This document shows, one piece after another, positions 1 through 14,525 of a DNA stretch of 64,000 bases; the stretch's first letter is position 1, and the number at the start of each line of letters is the position of its first letter. Source of the DNA: Octopus vulgaris (taxonomy: Eukaryota). The stretch is taken from assembly GCA_951406725.2 (NCBI GenBank), contig OX597835.1:44764001-44828000 (forward strand), in the 5' to 3' direction. Below the pieces are notes generated by a model that saw only the letters and a list, made by a program, of their open reading frames with translations, searched no databases and was not told the DNA's origin. The position numbers and the translations under genes are program-made.

Positions 1-23
1 TATATATATGTCTACACACACAC

Positions 24-103
<80 letters not shown>

Positions 104-454
104 GGAGAGATAGAGAGAGAGAGAGTGACAGATATTACATTATATTACATCAAAAAAATTTGGATGTACTTATTGCTTTAAGATATGAAGTAAATTTCAT
201 TCAAATTGTAAAGATATGATTTTTATATAATTTTTTTCTAATTAAATGGCTAAATGCTGTTATATTTCGTTCTTTATCTTGCCGTACTCGCATTTGTTAC
301 AAACCTTCTGTTATTTAAGTATTATTTAAGAGCGAAGAAAACGTATTTGACAATTTTGTTTCTGACTCACTAAAATCATGTTTTTTTTTCTTCTCAGCTG
401 TGCAGAAAATTGTTTATAAGATTCCCTGTTTACTGTCTCCCACACATAATATGT

Positions 455-660
455 ATGCGTCCGTGGGGTGCCACGTAAAACCCTCTACCACAACCCCTGT
501 ACAGTGGTTGGCGTTAGGGAGAGCATCCAGCCGTAGAAACCATGCCAAATCAGACTGGTGCCTTCTGCAGCTACCCAGCTTTCCCGCTTTGCTGAAACCG
601 TCCAACCCATGCCATCATGGACACCGAACATTAAATGATGATAATGATGATGATGATGAT
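455..660 (+). mobile_element. 3' end of a SINE/LINE with (GAT)n tail (RTE-type tail, tentative)
   Basis: Ends ...accgtccaacccatgccatcatggacaccgaacattaaat(gat)n; a related copy lies in reverse orientation at 58876-59290. Confidence 0.6.
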
Positions 661-689
661 GTATATGATTAATTAAATTAGAGGTTCTT

Positions 690-1180
690 TATCGTTTACA
701 GTTTATTCCTCAATGTAGAACTTTGTAAAGTAGGTTTCTCTTTTGTAAACGTGTTAAGAGTAGGTTGTTGCTCTTCGTATTATTGGTTTAAATCCATTTG
801 AATCGAAAATGTAAAGGTCAAATATACAAAGCGCTGTATTTGAGCACTTAGTAATTGGATGTGTCGACATTTTATTCACAAAAGAACGTAGGTTGGTGGC
901 AAATTTCGGTTGGTCGTTTCTTTACTTGATGTTATTGTTATTTAGAGAATTTTATGTTTTCAATTTATGTTAGGCGTTATTAGTCAGGCATGTCGAAGCT
1001 TTGTTAATATCGTAAATTGTTTCTCTCCAGTTTTGATGTTCACAAAGGTACTTGAGTAAAGGTTTTATGTCAATACGTTTCTTTCTAGGTGTTCATTATT
1101 CTAGAGGCAATTTGTTTAGTATAGAAGGATTTTAATCTCCGTGATTTATGGAAGTCGAGTTTGTTTGCTGATTGTTTAGA
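690..1180 (-). mobile_element. Degraded copy of the AT-rich repeat family also at 18480-19350 (probably PLE-derived)
   Basis: Reverse complement of ~960-1170 aligns by eye with ~18510-18700, and ~700-830 with ~19240-19350 (e.g. ttaaaatcctt..., aaagttctaca). Confidence 0.45.
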
Positions 1181-2565
1181 AATTACTTCAAATTCTCGTC
1201 TACATATATGCAAAGGTCAGGTTGTTATACAAGGTGTGTATATATTCATATATCAAAATTGGAACAGAAGTGAAATACAATTTTAAAATAGACAAAATAA
1301 GAAAAAGAAACGAGGTCTTTCGCTTTGCTTGCATAGATTTGTTCATGCGTGTGTATGTAGACTTGTGTTATATTAGTAAAATCTGTTTGTGTTTGTATTG
1401 GTTGTAAATAGGAGAATTATAAGATAATTCGAGAGTACTCTTTTAGTGTAAAGGTGTAATAGAGTTTTATTTTATATTATGGGGGCGGTTTATTGTGTAC
1501 GTATAGGTGGATGCGGGGAGTCGGTGAGATATGAAAAATATTAGCCGTTATGAAAATTTATTGGTTTAAAGTGTTTTAGTGCTTTTTAAGATTTTGTGTT
1601 TGCCCGAAGAGTTTCGTTTACATTTGAAAGTCCAAAAGGCATGAATAAATTCTAAACAATAACAAAACCGTAAATTCAATCAATAAATACTCCTGCAAAA
1701 CACCTCACCATTAGAATCAACCCTCAAATCCTAATTACCATTCCCCCCAAATCCACACACCCAAGGATTAGTTTAACTCAACAGAAACTATATTCGATGA
1801 AATGATGAGGACCTCTACAATAACTATTCCAGCAGACACTGTACCGCTAGTTCAGGAATGCGGTCGCATGATCTGACATGCAAGATTAAGCGCAGATAAC
1901 GAAGTTAGACTTGCGTCTGAGCCTTGATGTCCCTGCGGTACAGGAATTTTTAATTCTGTTGCAGGCATTGCCATGGAATCTCCGTAGCCGCTTCTCGAGG
2001 AACCGAAGACCTTCATGGCACGCTGTATTCGCCTTTTAATTTGCTAGTGAAATGATATAACGATCTATATCCCTCACTTACTCCTCCTCTCTCTCTCTCT
2101 CTCTCATACATACACACATACATACATAGATAGTTATATGAAGTGCCTTATTAGCCTCTAAATCCGCAAACGATACGTAAATTTTCACTTCGAATATTTA
2201 CGTAAATTGGCTTTAGTACAGAAACAATTGTAATGAATTATTAAAGATGCGTTAAAGAATTTTCTTTGTTTTCTTCTTATCATATATATATATATGTGTG
2301 TGTGTGCATGTGTATATGTGTGTGCGCGCTCGTGTATATAGTTAAACTTTACAGAAAAACAAAATACGAAGATAGGTGTATAAATAACAAACGGGTGTAA
2401 TAGTTTAACGCTCTATAACGTGAGAAAGTCTTTTACGTTTCGATCCTACAATCTTCAAATGGAAGGAACACGGGGAAAGAAACAGAGAATAAAAAAATCT
2501 TGTGCAATTAGCAAGATATATATATATATATGTATGTATGTGTGTGTGTGCGTGTGTAAATTATA

Positions 2566-2920
2566 GGCGCAGGAGTGGCTGTGTTGTAGGAAGCTTGCTT
2601 CCCAACCACATGGTTCCGGGTTCAGTTCCACTGCCTGGCACCTCGGGCACGTGTGTATTTGTGAGTGGATTTGGTAGAGGGAAACTGAAAGAAGCCCGTC
2701 GAATATATGTGTGTGTCTGTGTTTGTTCTCTCACCGTTGTTTGACAAACGCTGTTGAAGTGTTTACGTCCCCGTAGCATAGCGGTTCGGCAAAGATACCG
2801 ATTGAAAAAGTACTAGGCTGACGAAGAATAAATCCTATGGTCGATTTGTTCGACTAAAAGGCGGTGCTCTAGCATGGCCGCAGTCAAATGGCGCAAACAA
2901 GCTAAAGAATAAAAGAAAAA
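2566..2920 (+). mobile_element. tRNA-derived SINE family A (internal microsatellite, CR1-LINE-like tail)
   Basis: Head ggcgcaggagtggctgtg...ggttccgggttcagttcc (A/B-box-like); tail ggcggtgctctagcatggccgcagtcaaatg; several copies in the window. Confidence 0.85.
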
Positions 2921-3788
2921 ATATATAAATCTTACACGTAGGGCCTCTATGACGAACCATATTCTACAAATAACCAAATTCAACAAAAATAAAGCACATA
3001 AGAAGGCACTTAAAAGAATATTGACAGAGTCGAAATTGTATCCAAAAACGGAAGCGAGTGCAAAAACATGGCCTCAAAACTCTGAAACATGCACCAACCT
3101 ACTGGAAAGTGGAATTCCACTTTAAGTAAGAAAAACGATTCTAAATTAAGATTGATTTTTATTTGCTCTTCCCTAAATTTAAATTATGGGATACCTTTTT
3201 TAGGGCGTGGGTGATGCAACTATATAGGTGAAACAAGTCCGTTTTTCAGATGTAGAACAACACTGCATAGACAACGGAAACAATTCCCAGGGTATAGATA
3301 CATACCATTGAGAGATGTACGCGGGATCTCCAACCAATATTCCCATTCTCCCTATATGCCACTGCAATGAAACTTCTGAAAACTTCTGAAAACGAACATA
3401 AAATAAAGACAACACACTGAAAAAGAGAAACCACTCGTGAATATGAGTACAACTAATTTAGGATCTTGGAGATATTCTAAAACATAAATTAAATCTTATA
3501 CAAACTTGCGGGATAGAGCTTTTGAGAGATGGTATATTCTTGCTTGTCATATATACAGATACATATGTAAACGTAGATATAGAAGTGTTGGATGTATATG
3601 TATGCATATGTATAAATATATATAATATATATATACACATAAATATATAGGGAGAGAGAAAGAGAGAGACAGAAAGAGTGAGACATGGATAAATATATAG
3701 CTAGATAGGAAGGTTGGTAGTTATGTGTGTAGTTAGATAGGTAGGAGCTATCTACCTCGTGACCTAGCAAGCTACCTACTTATTTAGT

Positions 3789-3842
<54 letters not shown>

Positions 3843-3919
3843 CGTGCGTGTGTGTGAGTGTGTATGTATAGTGAATTGAAACAAAGAAGAACAAACAAGA
3901 AAAAAACAACAACACGAGG

Positions 3920-3955
3920 ATTTAACGTTTCGAACTAAAGCTCTCCTTCAGAAAT
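3920..3955 (-). ncRNA. Minimal type I hammerhead-like motif with one extra core nucleotide
   Basis: Minus strand reads attt-CTGAAGGA-gagc ttta gttc-GAAA-cg-TT-aaat; stems I and II pair. Confidence 0.5.
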
Positions 3956-4065
3956 AGAGGAAAGTCCAAAAGAAGGGAAGCCGGAGGAAGAAAATCGCCA
4001 ACGATTTACAAGTGGTTACATTTTGAAATAGAGAGAGACAGAGAGAGAAGGAGAGAGAGAGAAAT

Positions 4066-4345
<280 letters not shown>

Positions 4346-6839
4346 AGGTACAGATATAGATACAGTTATATATAAACAGAGAGTATGTTTTGACTCTGGT
4401 TATGGATGTCAAGAATAGCACAGAAGAAATATAATTCAGTGGAATGTTGTACATACTAAACCTATATGTAGTAAAGTCTCTTATACATAATACACTGATT
4501 TGAAGAACTTCACTAAACACATTTCCACCATTTTGTTTGCACCTCTTCCTCTTTACATTACAATATCTCTCTATCCTGATGCATCTCGCTGTTGAACTTT
4601 GTCTTTCGATTTCTTCTCTTTCCCTAACTAAGTTTATCTTTCAGATTGCATGATTGATAAAGTGTACTGTGATAAATTATTTAAGAGACTAGGGATTGCA
4701 ACAGGTTATTTGTGCAGGAATGGATTTAGAAGTTTTAGCTTTCTTTCTGTTTACACTGTAAGTAATGTCACAAATAAATACATGTCAAAACGGGTTAGTA
4801 ATAGAATAGAGACGGATAGGGAGAAGATGTGAGCTGAATAAGAGAGAAGAGAGCGGGATCAGAGGCAAGGAGGGAGCTCTTAGAACAGAGAGTGAAACAA
4901 GTAGAAACGGGTAGAAAAAAGAACTGAGAGAAATATATAGAGAATGAGGTTAAAAGGCAAAGAAGAGAAATGCTGATTAAGAGAGAATAAGTTAGATAGA
5001 GAAATAAGGAGTGGGAGAACGTGAATGAGTGAGAAAAATATGATAAATTATAAGAGAGAGAGATAGAGAGAGAGAGTGTGTGTGTGTGTGTGTGTTGTGA
5101 TAAACAGAGAATGAGAGACAAACACGGAATGAGATAGCGATAAAAGAATAAGAAAGATAGAGACCTTATAACAGAGAGAGAGAGAGAGACAGGGAAATAT
5201 AGAGAAATTAGTTAGAAGCATGTTAGCAAAAGAGAGAAACAAGTTCAGAGACAGAGATAACGAGACACAGAGAGGAGAGAGAGAGGGGTAGGGAGAGGGA
5301 TAGAGAGGAAGAGTGAAAGTGCATTGAGAGAAGGATAGAGCGTATGAGGAAAGGGAAATATAAAAAGTTTATGAAGAGGGAAAGAGAGAACGAGAGAAAT
5401 TTAGAAAAGAAAAGACGGAGATATGACGAGAGAAAGGTGCCAACGTTGGTAATTTTCAGTGAGAACACACATATATTATTCACTCAGGAATTCTTTCAGA
5501 ATTCGTGAAAGCTTTTGAAATATTTCTAGTGGCATCCATAAATTATTGTTTCGATACTATTGAGAATAGTGTGCCACTGAATAAGTACATTCGGTTTTCA
5601 CAAATACTTACTCTAAATAAGCAAATACTTATTCTACGTAAGTGAGCTTTTGACAAATTCTGGTATGACAAAGGCTAGAAATAAATAACAACAAAAATAC
5701 CGTAGTAGTTTCTGTCACAGCTAGTATTTGTTAAGGGCCTCTGTTGTTCTTGTTACAATTATTGCGGTTGCTTGTTTTTCTTTTTTTAATGTTGATTCAT
5801 TATTTTTATTGTTGCCGTTCTTCAGTTCTCTGCATGTGTCAGCGTCGATAGAACTGTTCTATGATAAAAAATAAAATGTTCCATCCAAAACCTTTTTGTC
5901 TCTTGCGTACGCTAAATAATACATCATCCAAAGTGTCATTTATTTTTGTTTCTATAAAAACAGTAGCATGTGATGCGACGGTAATTTGGCTGTTATTTCT
6001 CGCAGGTTTACAAAGCGGATGGAAGTTTTTATCCATGTCTACACTGTGATAGTATTACTGTCTTGGTTGTTCAAACGAAGGTCAGCCCTATAAAGGCAAA
6101 CTAAGACAAGGGCGCTCCGACCATGTCATTCACTCCTGTTCTTTTTCTTTTATTTTCGCACACCTGTGCGAGTTTTTATACAGTATAACAGTATGTAAAG
6201 TATAATCTGTGGTTTGATGTGTAATTCACTGCTATTTCTAGCAAGCGGACTATTGCGAAGAAGTTTTTCTCGTTTTCAGCAGAATTTTCAGTTCCTTTGA
6301 TGTTTTTTTCTAGCCCGAGGCCTGCTGTGATTAAACAGACTTAATCTCTTTCGATTATCAGACATGATTGGTTGATCATATTTTCAGACGTTGTGCATCT
6401 CAGTACACATGATCGAATGACGTCTTCTTCATGCGAAGGTACAGGGGATTTAGCTGAAAATGTATCTACCTATTCCAAAGATTGTGCAAATACTTTCTTG
6501 AGTTATGTAGCTTTGTATTGAGTGCTGGCTAATAATTTATTCATTGTCTAGGAGTATAGCAATGAACTATTGGACATTTCTATACGCTTAGTGTACGGCA
6601 CGTGATTATATGGTATGACACAAACAGCATTACGGACAGGTGTAATGCTATAGCTAACGGTCTTCAAAACGGGTGAAATATTAACGGAAGTAAAGCAGGG
6701 GAGCACCAGTTCGAGCATCTTTGACAGAAAATTAAACAATTACACTTTAAGCCAAAACGAACAGCGGCATTGGAAATATGAAGAAATTCAGATGAATAAT
6801 TCTATAAAGTATATCCAATACAGGTCTCAAATTTTATAT

Positions 6840-6873
<34 letters not shown>

Positions 6874-7204
6874 ATACATATATATATATATATTTAGAGA
6901 GAGAGAAAGAGAAAGAGAGTAAACAATTATTACACTGCACATATATATATATAGATACTCGGATATATATATATATATATGTATATATAACTGAAGCACA
7001 ATTAAAGGATACAAACCTCATGATGGGATAGCAAAATCGTATGAAATTACAGGTTAATTACCTATACAAAGAGTATTTAATACTCCACTGCGAGGTAACT
7101 ATATAAACCGTGGTTTATATATATTATGTTTATTAAAATAACTTGAGAGAATAGAGAGGTAATTAATGAAATATTATTTATTAATTAATAAATTGACAAA
7201 CATC

Positions 7205-7240
7205 CTTTACAGCTGTTTCAATTCAGGCTCTCAGAAAATT
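7205..7240 (-). ncRNA. Degenerate hammerhead-like motif
   Basis: Minus strand reads tttt-CTGAGA-gcctgaatt-GAAA-cagctg-TA-aagg; core is one nucleotide short and stem II is poor. Confidence 0.35.
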
Positions 7241-7490
7241 AATTAATTTAATTAAAAAATTATTTGAAAGTCGAGCAATTTCAGAGGTAGATAAAGTTAT
7301 AGAAAGTATGTGTTCAATTTCCTCATGTTTAGTAAACGAAAGTAAACGGTTGACTGACAAAAATTTATACATCAAGAACATAGTATATAAACGGTAGAGC
7401 TCTTAGCAAGGGAGTATGGTTGTGTATAATAGAGTTGTAAACCAATATATTCATCTGGAGTGTTAAGTATCATAAAGCTCAAGTAGCTAT

Positions 7491-7847
7491 GTCGTGGCAC
7501 TCCGTTGGTTACGAAGACGACTTTCCAGTTGATCCGATGAACGGAACAGCCTGCGTGTGAAATTAAGGTGCGAGTGGCTGAGCCCTCTACAGACACGTGT
7601 AGCCTTAACGTAGTTCTCGGGTAGATTCAGCGCAACACAGAGTGTGACAAGGCCAGCCCTTTGAAATACAGGTACAACAGAAACAGGAAGAAAGAGTGAG
7701 TGAAAGTTGTGGTGAAAGCGTACAGCAGGGTTTGCCACCAACTCGTGGAGCTCTATGTGTTTTCGCTCAATAAACACTCATAACACCCGGTCTGGGAATC
7801 GAAACCGCGATCCTACCACCACGACTCCGCTGGCCATTGCACCCCCA
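7491..7847 (-). mobile_element. tRNA-derived SINE family C
   Basis: Reverse-complement copy of 8595-8979; ctcaagta repeated on both sides (possible TSD). Confidence 0.85.
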
Positions 7848-8185
7848 CTCAAGTAAATATAATTGGTTAAAATGACATAGTGTGCTATTATATCTATTTT
7901 TATTAAATGATTATAAACTTAGTATGTAGAGTTTAATTCAAATGTGTATAGTTACTGATGTAGAGTTAAGTTAGAAGACATTTGGGCAATATTATTTATT
8001 AGAAATATCGAAATAGTTTTAAAAAATCCAAATAGTTAAGAATATTAAACAAAAATTTTTAAACATTGTTTAATATTTTATTAATCGCTTTCTCACTCTT
8101 TAATCCTTTATGATTCCCCCATGAGTTTATATTTCTTAATTACCGAGTATATACATTTAATTATATAAGTATTTGTACTTTACAA

Positions 8186-8415
8186 GGCGGCGAACTGTTA
8201 GAAACGTTAGCACGCCGTGCGAAATGCGTAGCCGTATTTCGTCGGCCGTTACGTTTTGGGTCCAAATTCCGCCGAGATCGACTCTGCCTTTCATCCTTTC
8301 GTGGTCGATAAATTAAGTACCAATTAGGCACTGGGATCGATATAATCGACTTAATCCGTTTGTCTGTCCTTGTTTGTCCCCTCTGTGTTTAGCCCCTTGT
8401 GGGTAGTAAAGAAAT
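8186..8415 (+). mobile_element. SINE family B (central domain resembling the Meta domain), 22-bp TSD
   Basis: Contains gcctttcatcctttcg.ggtcgataaattaagtacc; TSD tatataagtatttgtactttac at 8162-8183 and 8417-8438. Confidence 0.85.
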
Positions 8416-8594
8416 ATATATAAGTATTTGTACTTTACCCTTTCTTATTCATATTGCTTGGCTTTTTCAGTTAATAACTATATATTATTATAAGCTCGAT
8501 ATTTATTTCGTACACATACTATATTTACTGTATATCTTGCACCTATCTCATAATTCTTTAACTGTATTGTTCTATTATTATATTAATTAATAGT

Positions 8595-8979
8595 GGAGAC
8601 GCAATGGCCCAGTGGTTAGGGCAACGGATTCGCGGTCATAGGATCGCGGTTTCGATTCCCAGACCGGGCGTTGTGAGTGTTTATTGAGCGAAAACACCTA
8701 AAAAAGCTCCACGAGGCTCCGGCAGGGGATGGTGGTGATCCCTGCTGTACTCTTTCACCACAACTTTCTCTCACTCTTACTTCCTGTTTCTGTTGTACCT
8801 GTATTTCAAAGGGCCGGCCTTGTCACACTCTGTGTCACGCTGAATATCCCCGAGAACTACGTTAAGGGTACACGTTTCTTTGGAGTGCTCAGCCACTTAC
8901 ACGTTAATTTCACGAGCAGGCTGTTCCGTTCATTCGGATCAACCGGAACCCTCGTCGTCGTAACCGACAGAGTGCTTCC
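8595..8979 (+). mobile_element. tRNA-derived SINE family C
   Basis: A box tggcccagtgg, B box gtttcgattcc; flanked by tattaattaat direct repeats. Confidence 0.85.
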
Positions 8980-9962
8980 AAAATATTAATTAATTACAAT
9001 GTGGATTTGTCTATTCATAACTAAATTATTACAGTTAACTTTTTCATTATTTGACTAATTTGCTTTAACATTTCGTCCTATCTCCACCTATATATATTTC
9101 CACTGTGATTACAGTTTTTTGTTATACCTACCCACCATCAAATTAAATATTATCTGCTCTATTCTTCTAGCGTTTTATTAATTAAATATTTTATTCTTTC
9201 TTTTTTCCTGTTTTTGGTAGAATGATTTAATATATTACTTATAATTCCACTTAACCTATTATTATTTAACTTGTTATTTAATATAGTATTGCTTTAGTTC
9301 ATCCCTTGCATACCTCTCTAAGAATATGTAATATCCACATTTTCCATCAAGTCCGATTTATTTACTTGCTATACTCAATTTACTATCAATTTATTATTAA
9401 CTACTTCCCCTTGACTCTTTGGTTATATATATGGTCATTTCTCACCTTACATATACATCATATTATTACAGTATACTTACCTCGTAGTAAGCAAAACAAT
9501 AACTTTTATAATTCCTAAATATCCACCTCGCACTCTTTAAACACACGTCTGTCTCATCTGTATATAAATTTCAGAGGTTTTTTTTTTATCTATTTACATG
9601 GATATTTACATTCGTTTGTTTGTTATTTATGTATGGCACTAATCTAGTTTGTTCCTGTTTTTTTCGTAAGCTTTTCTCCTGTAAATCAAATTAATTGTAC
9701 TAGATGAACCAAACCTATAGCTATTACCTCAGTGTCAATAACAATTATTTAGTTCTACGTGTTTTCGTTTTGGTATGACCCTAAATTAAATCATTCCTAG
9801 ATTTTCCTTAGTCAGTCACCTCCGCATGAATACCTACTTCCGGTTTTGAGAGCTTTATATTCAACTATTTATATTTATATTCAACACACACACACACACA
9901 CATACACACGCACACACACACACACGCACACGCACACACACACACACACATATATATATATA

Positions 9963-10173
9963 CTCTTTTACTCTTTTACTTGTTTCAGTCACTTGACTGC
10001 GGCCATGCTGGAGCACCGCCTTTTTTTTCTTTTAGTCAAGCAAATCGACCCTGGGACTTATTCTTTGTAAGCCCAGTACTTATTCTATCGGTCTCTTTTG
10101 CCGAACCGCTAAGTGACGGGGACGTAAACACATCAGCATCTGTTGTCAAGCAATGCTAGGGGGACAAACACAG

Positions 10174-10210
<37 letters not shown>

Positions 10211-10378
10211 CATATATACGACGGGCATCTTTCAGTTTCCGTCTACCAAATCCACTCACAATCCACTCACATTGGTCGGCCCGGGGCTATAGCAGAAGAC
10301 ACTTGCCCAAGGTGCCACGCAGTGGGACTGAACCCAGGACCATGTGGTTGGTAAACAAGCTACTTACCACACAGCCAG
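9963..10378 (-). mobile_element. SINE family A
   Basis: Reverse-complement full copy with (tactctttta) tail. Confidence 0.85.
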
Positions 10379-11623
10379 TTCTATATATATATACATGCAT
10401 TTAAATATATGTATATATATATATATTATATGTGTTTGTGTGCTTGACGTATCAGTTCGTTTGTTGGTGACATCGTCAGTAACGAGGAAAACAAATTATT
10501 ATAAAGTAGAGGGTAATCTCATTAATGCAATACTGAAAATAATCTAAATTATTTAAACTTTTCTTCCGGTTTGAGTAGGAATTAGAATCCTAGCGGTAGT
10601 GGTTGGATTCATTGAAATTTAATAGAGGGTAATTAGGAGAAATTATGAATTTATGTGTCGGATAATGTCGGATATCCATAGCCACGGGGAACAACTATGG
10701 AAATATTTCCGTCGGGGAGACTACTTCCGTCGATTAGACTTCTTCTCACGAAATCTCCAGTAATAAGACTCCGTTGATGTTCTGTATCTAAATTTTGTGT
10801 GTTACAATTATTTTGTTGTTCGGTGATTCTAAAGCGTAACCGGATTCAACACCACCTTAACTTTTCGTATAGGTACCCATGTTCACTCTGAAGCATGCAT
10901 AATTACCACGCACATATCATGTGTTTTGACCTTAAAAAAATACCCGTTGATGCATAATAATTGTTTTCTGTTCACATTCTGCCCAGACTAACTTTATGTT
11001 TTTATTCATTCTGTGTTAATAATTAAAAAAAATAATCTATTGAAATCGATAAAAAATGTAGACTCGGAGCGATATAACATATACTGTGATCAATATAATC
11101 AATATATATAGTGCTATAATTGACTGTAATTTCAATGGCTTTTGTACTGTAGGTCAGGGCTAAAACGAACTCTGTCAAAGAAGGAAGGCGCACAAGATTT
11201 GGGATATACATGATGAAATATAAATGCAAAGAAATGCATTCAATTACCATTTAATGAGAATAACATTTTCTAATTAATTACAGTGTGACACGGAATTCGG
11301 TCAACAGATATAGTAGGTCATTTTTTCTTAATTTCATATCGGCCATGGTTACACAGTGTTTTGACCAAAATAATTCTAGCAATGGCTAAAATGTGAATAT
11401 TTTAAAGAACTTTTAAATAATTCTGGTGTTGTAAGGCTATAAAAAAATGGTGTTTTCCTTTGCTGTTGTAAATATTGTTGATATTAGTATTGTTCAGAGC
11501 CAGGTCAGTTCTGATTGAGCCAGACTTTGATCGAAGGTATTCCAACAGCGACCGTCGCATGAATACTTAAACAGTTGCCCCTTAAAGTATATTAGTAGTC
11601 GTATATAATATATATACGTATAT

Positions 11624-11681
<58 letters not shown>

Positions 11682-12115
11682 GTATATAATATATATATAT
11701 ATATCTTAAAATTTATGCAGAGTTGTTCTTGTGTTGGTGGTATATATTTCCCATCTACATTATAAAGCATTACACTTCAATTTAAAACTGTCGTTTTGTG
11801 CCACGTGAGATGACTATAATTGAAGTCTGCAAACGTTCGTGGAATATCATATGTCTACAAATTTATTATCCACATCTACAAGAATTAGATTCTAAGACAT
11901 AAAAGAACGGACTTATTGTATTATTTCTCGACATCGAAATGTGTTACGATGAATGTCGAGTTTATACATTCAGTCACTAATTAACTTTGAAATATGAGTA
12001 CTCTGGACAATTGACCAATTGCGATTACCATATTATATGGGTGAAGGCCATGTTGGCTTTATCTGCATATATTTGGCGGTGTCTGCATAATCTCGTTAAA
12101 TATTTGCATATTTTG

Positions 12116-12164
<49 letters not shown>

Positions 12165-12979
12165 TTTCTGCAGTCGAACCGACATCCTTTGCCGAGAGGT
12201 GTATTATTATGTTTAATATGACAGCTGGTAGCATTTTAAAGACTTTCCAAACGTGTGGTGCAAATTGGATTGAAAAGTAACTCGAATTGTCACTGAGACT
12301 GCCACGATAATTTGAATTAATTTTGCTCCTACGCAATAATGAATAGCAGCTCTGCTAAGAAGTGCTAAAGTGAGATATTGAAATAAGTGACATTGGTACT
12401 TCTGGGACATTAGAAATATGAGAACGAAAATGTAAATACTTCGGCTCCTGATGGATACAAATATAGAATACGGGCATTGTTATTTATTAAGCATGCACCT
12501 AGGAATTGTGGATTGGCCAATGTTTATGAAAACGATGCAGTAATGCTGGTGTGTATTCCTTGTCGTTTTCTGTTGGGAACTCAATTTGTAAAATATGACG
12601 TTATACTATCAATAGAATTTGAGTATATACACAGAATGTTTAGGAACTTTCTTATGAATAGCAAATATCTAATTTCATTCATAAATAAGAATATAAATAT
12701 AACAATAAACATTTAGCAAAAATATTGAGAAAAACTTTTTTTTATTTCTTTGATCTGTGATTCGCCAGTCTATTTTCCTGAAAAAAATAACTAAGATATT
12801 TTATTTACCTTTTTCCTCTTGAACATACGATAACATGACACGTATAATTGAACATTTATACGATGGTGGATTTTACGGTGGGCACGAAAGAAGTTGTTGA
12901 TACAATAGCTTCAATGATTATTCGGGTCACTGAAAAGAATTGAAGCACACACACGTACGTGCATATACATACATATTAA

Positions 12980-13048
<69 letters not shown>

Positions 13049-13098
13049 TTATATATATATATCATATATATATATTTTATTATATATATATATATATC

Positions 13099-13185
<87 letters not shown>

Positions 13186-13186
<1 letters not shown>

Positions 13187-13277
13187 GGAGTAAACACATA
13201 AATGTGAAACAAGGTGGAAAAAAAGAGTACTCAAATACCAGTGGTAGAGTAATATGCTTTATTTTAAGCTGCTTAAA

Positions 13278-13283
<6 letters not shown>
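13186..13283 (-). mobile_element. 3'-tail fragment of HHR repeat family C with short terminal palindrome
   Basis: Reverse complement of 54055-54141; ends in tttattttaagctgcttaaaataaa; sits in (TA)n. Confidence 0.75.
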
Positions 13284-13308
<25 letters not shown>

Positions 13309-13351
13309 CATTAATATATATATATATATACATAGTGTGTATATATATATA

Positions 13352-13387
<36 letters not shown>

Positions 13388-14172
13388 TATATATATATAT
13401 ACATAGTGTGTATATTTATATATGTATGTATATATACGCATATATATATGCATACACAATGCACAAACACGCAGGCACACATATCCAAATGCACATACAC
13501 ACACAACACACACGTATATGTTTGTGAGTGTATGTGTGTCTTTATATCAATGTTTGTTCCCCTACCTACCACTCGACACCCACCCTTGGTTTGCCTACTT
13601 TCTCATAACCTAGCCGTTCGGTAAAAAAGACGGTTAAAGTATGTATTAGACTTTAAAAAATATGGATACTAGTGTCAATTTATTCGAGTAAAACCTTTCT
13701 AGGTCATACCTCTGCAAACCTAGAACCTAAAACAATTTAACTATAATTGATAAAAAGTAATGTTTCCTTCAGTTTTCTGCGCTTGCAATCTTCTATGATC
13801 TAACACAGATTTTATTAAATGAAATAGAGAGAAAATTATGTTTGTATCAGATGTGTACCGAGAAATAATCATGGATAGTGCAGAGTGGGGTAGTTGATTT
13901 GTTACAAGAAAACGTGTCGTAAAAATTCGACCAAACATCACAAATTGAACGAAAGCAGCTCCCCTGTGCGTTGAAGATTAAAGAGATATCTGTAATGTAC
14001 TCCTTCCATATTTGTAGTGTCGCCAAGAACACGAAAATGGAACAGTGTACCCATCACATATAAAAGTATTTTATAAACCTTTAGCAGATTATGGACTTAT
14101 TTACTTGTAGCAAAATGCCGGTGAGATATGAAGAGGGCAATAAATATTTACTTTTAATGCCTATACCTATAT

Positions 14173-14525
14173 GCGCAGGAGTGGCTGTGTGGTAAGTAGC
14201 TTGTTTACCAACCACATCGTTCCGGGCAAGTGTCTTCTACTATAGCCTCGGGCAGACCAAAGCCTTGTGAGTGGATTTGGTAGACGGAAACTGAAAGAAG
14301 CCCGTCGTATATATGTATATATATGTGTGTATATTTGTGTGTCTGTGTTTGTCCCCCTAGCTTGACAACCGATGCTGGTGTGTTTATGTCCCCGTCACTT
14401 AGCGGTTCGGCAAAAGACCAATAGAATAAGTACTGGGCTTACAGAGAATAAGTCCCGGGGTCGATTTGCACCAGCATGGCCGCAGTCAAAATGACTGAAA
14501 CAAGTAAAAAGAGAAAAAAGAAAAA
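14173..14525 (+). mobile_element. SINE family A (internal deletions)
   Basis: Same head, body and tail as 2566-2920. Confidence 0.85.

Noticed and set aside
8595-8670. tRNA gene
   Set aside because: The tRNA-like head continues into a SINE body with TSDs; no complete cloverleaf.
12940-13624. YIYI/VCVC/MYVC-type ORFs here and throughout the window
   Set aside because: Translations of (TA)n, (CA)n, (TATG)n and (TCTA)n repeats.
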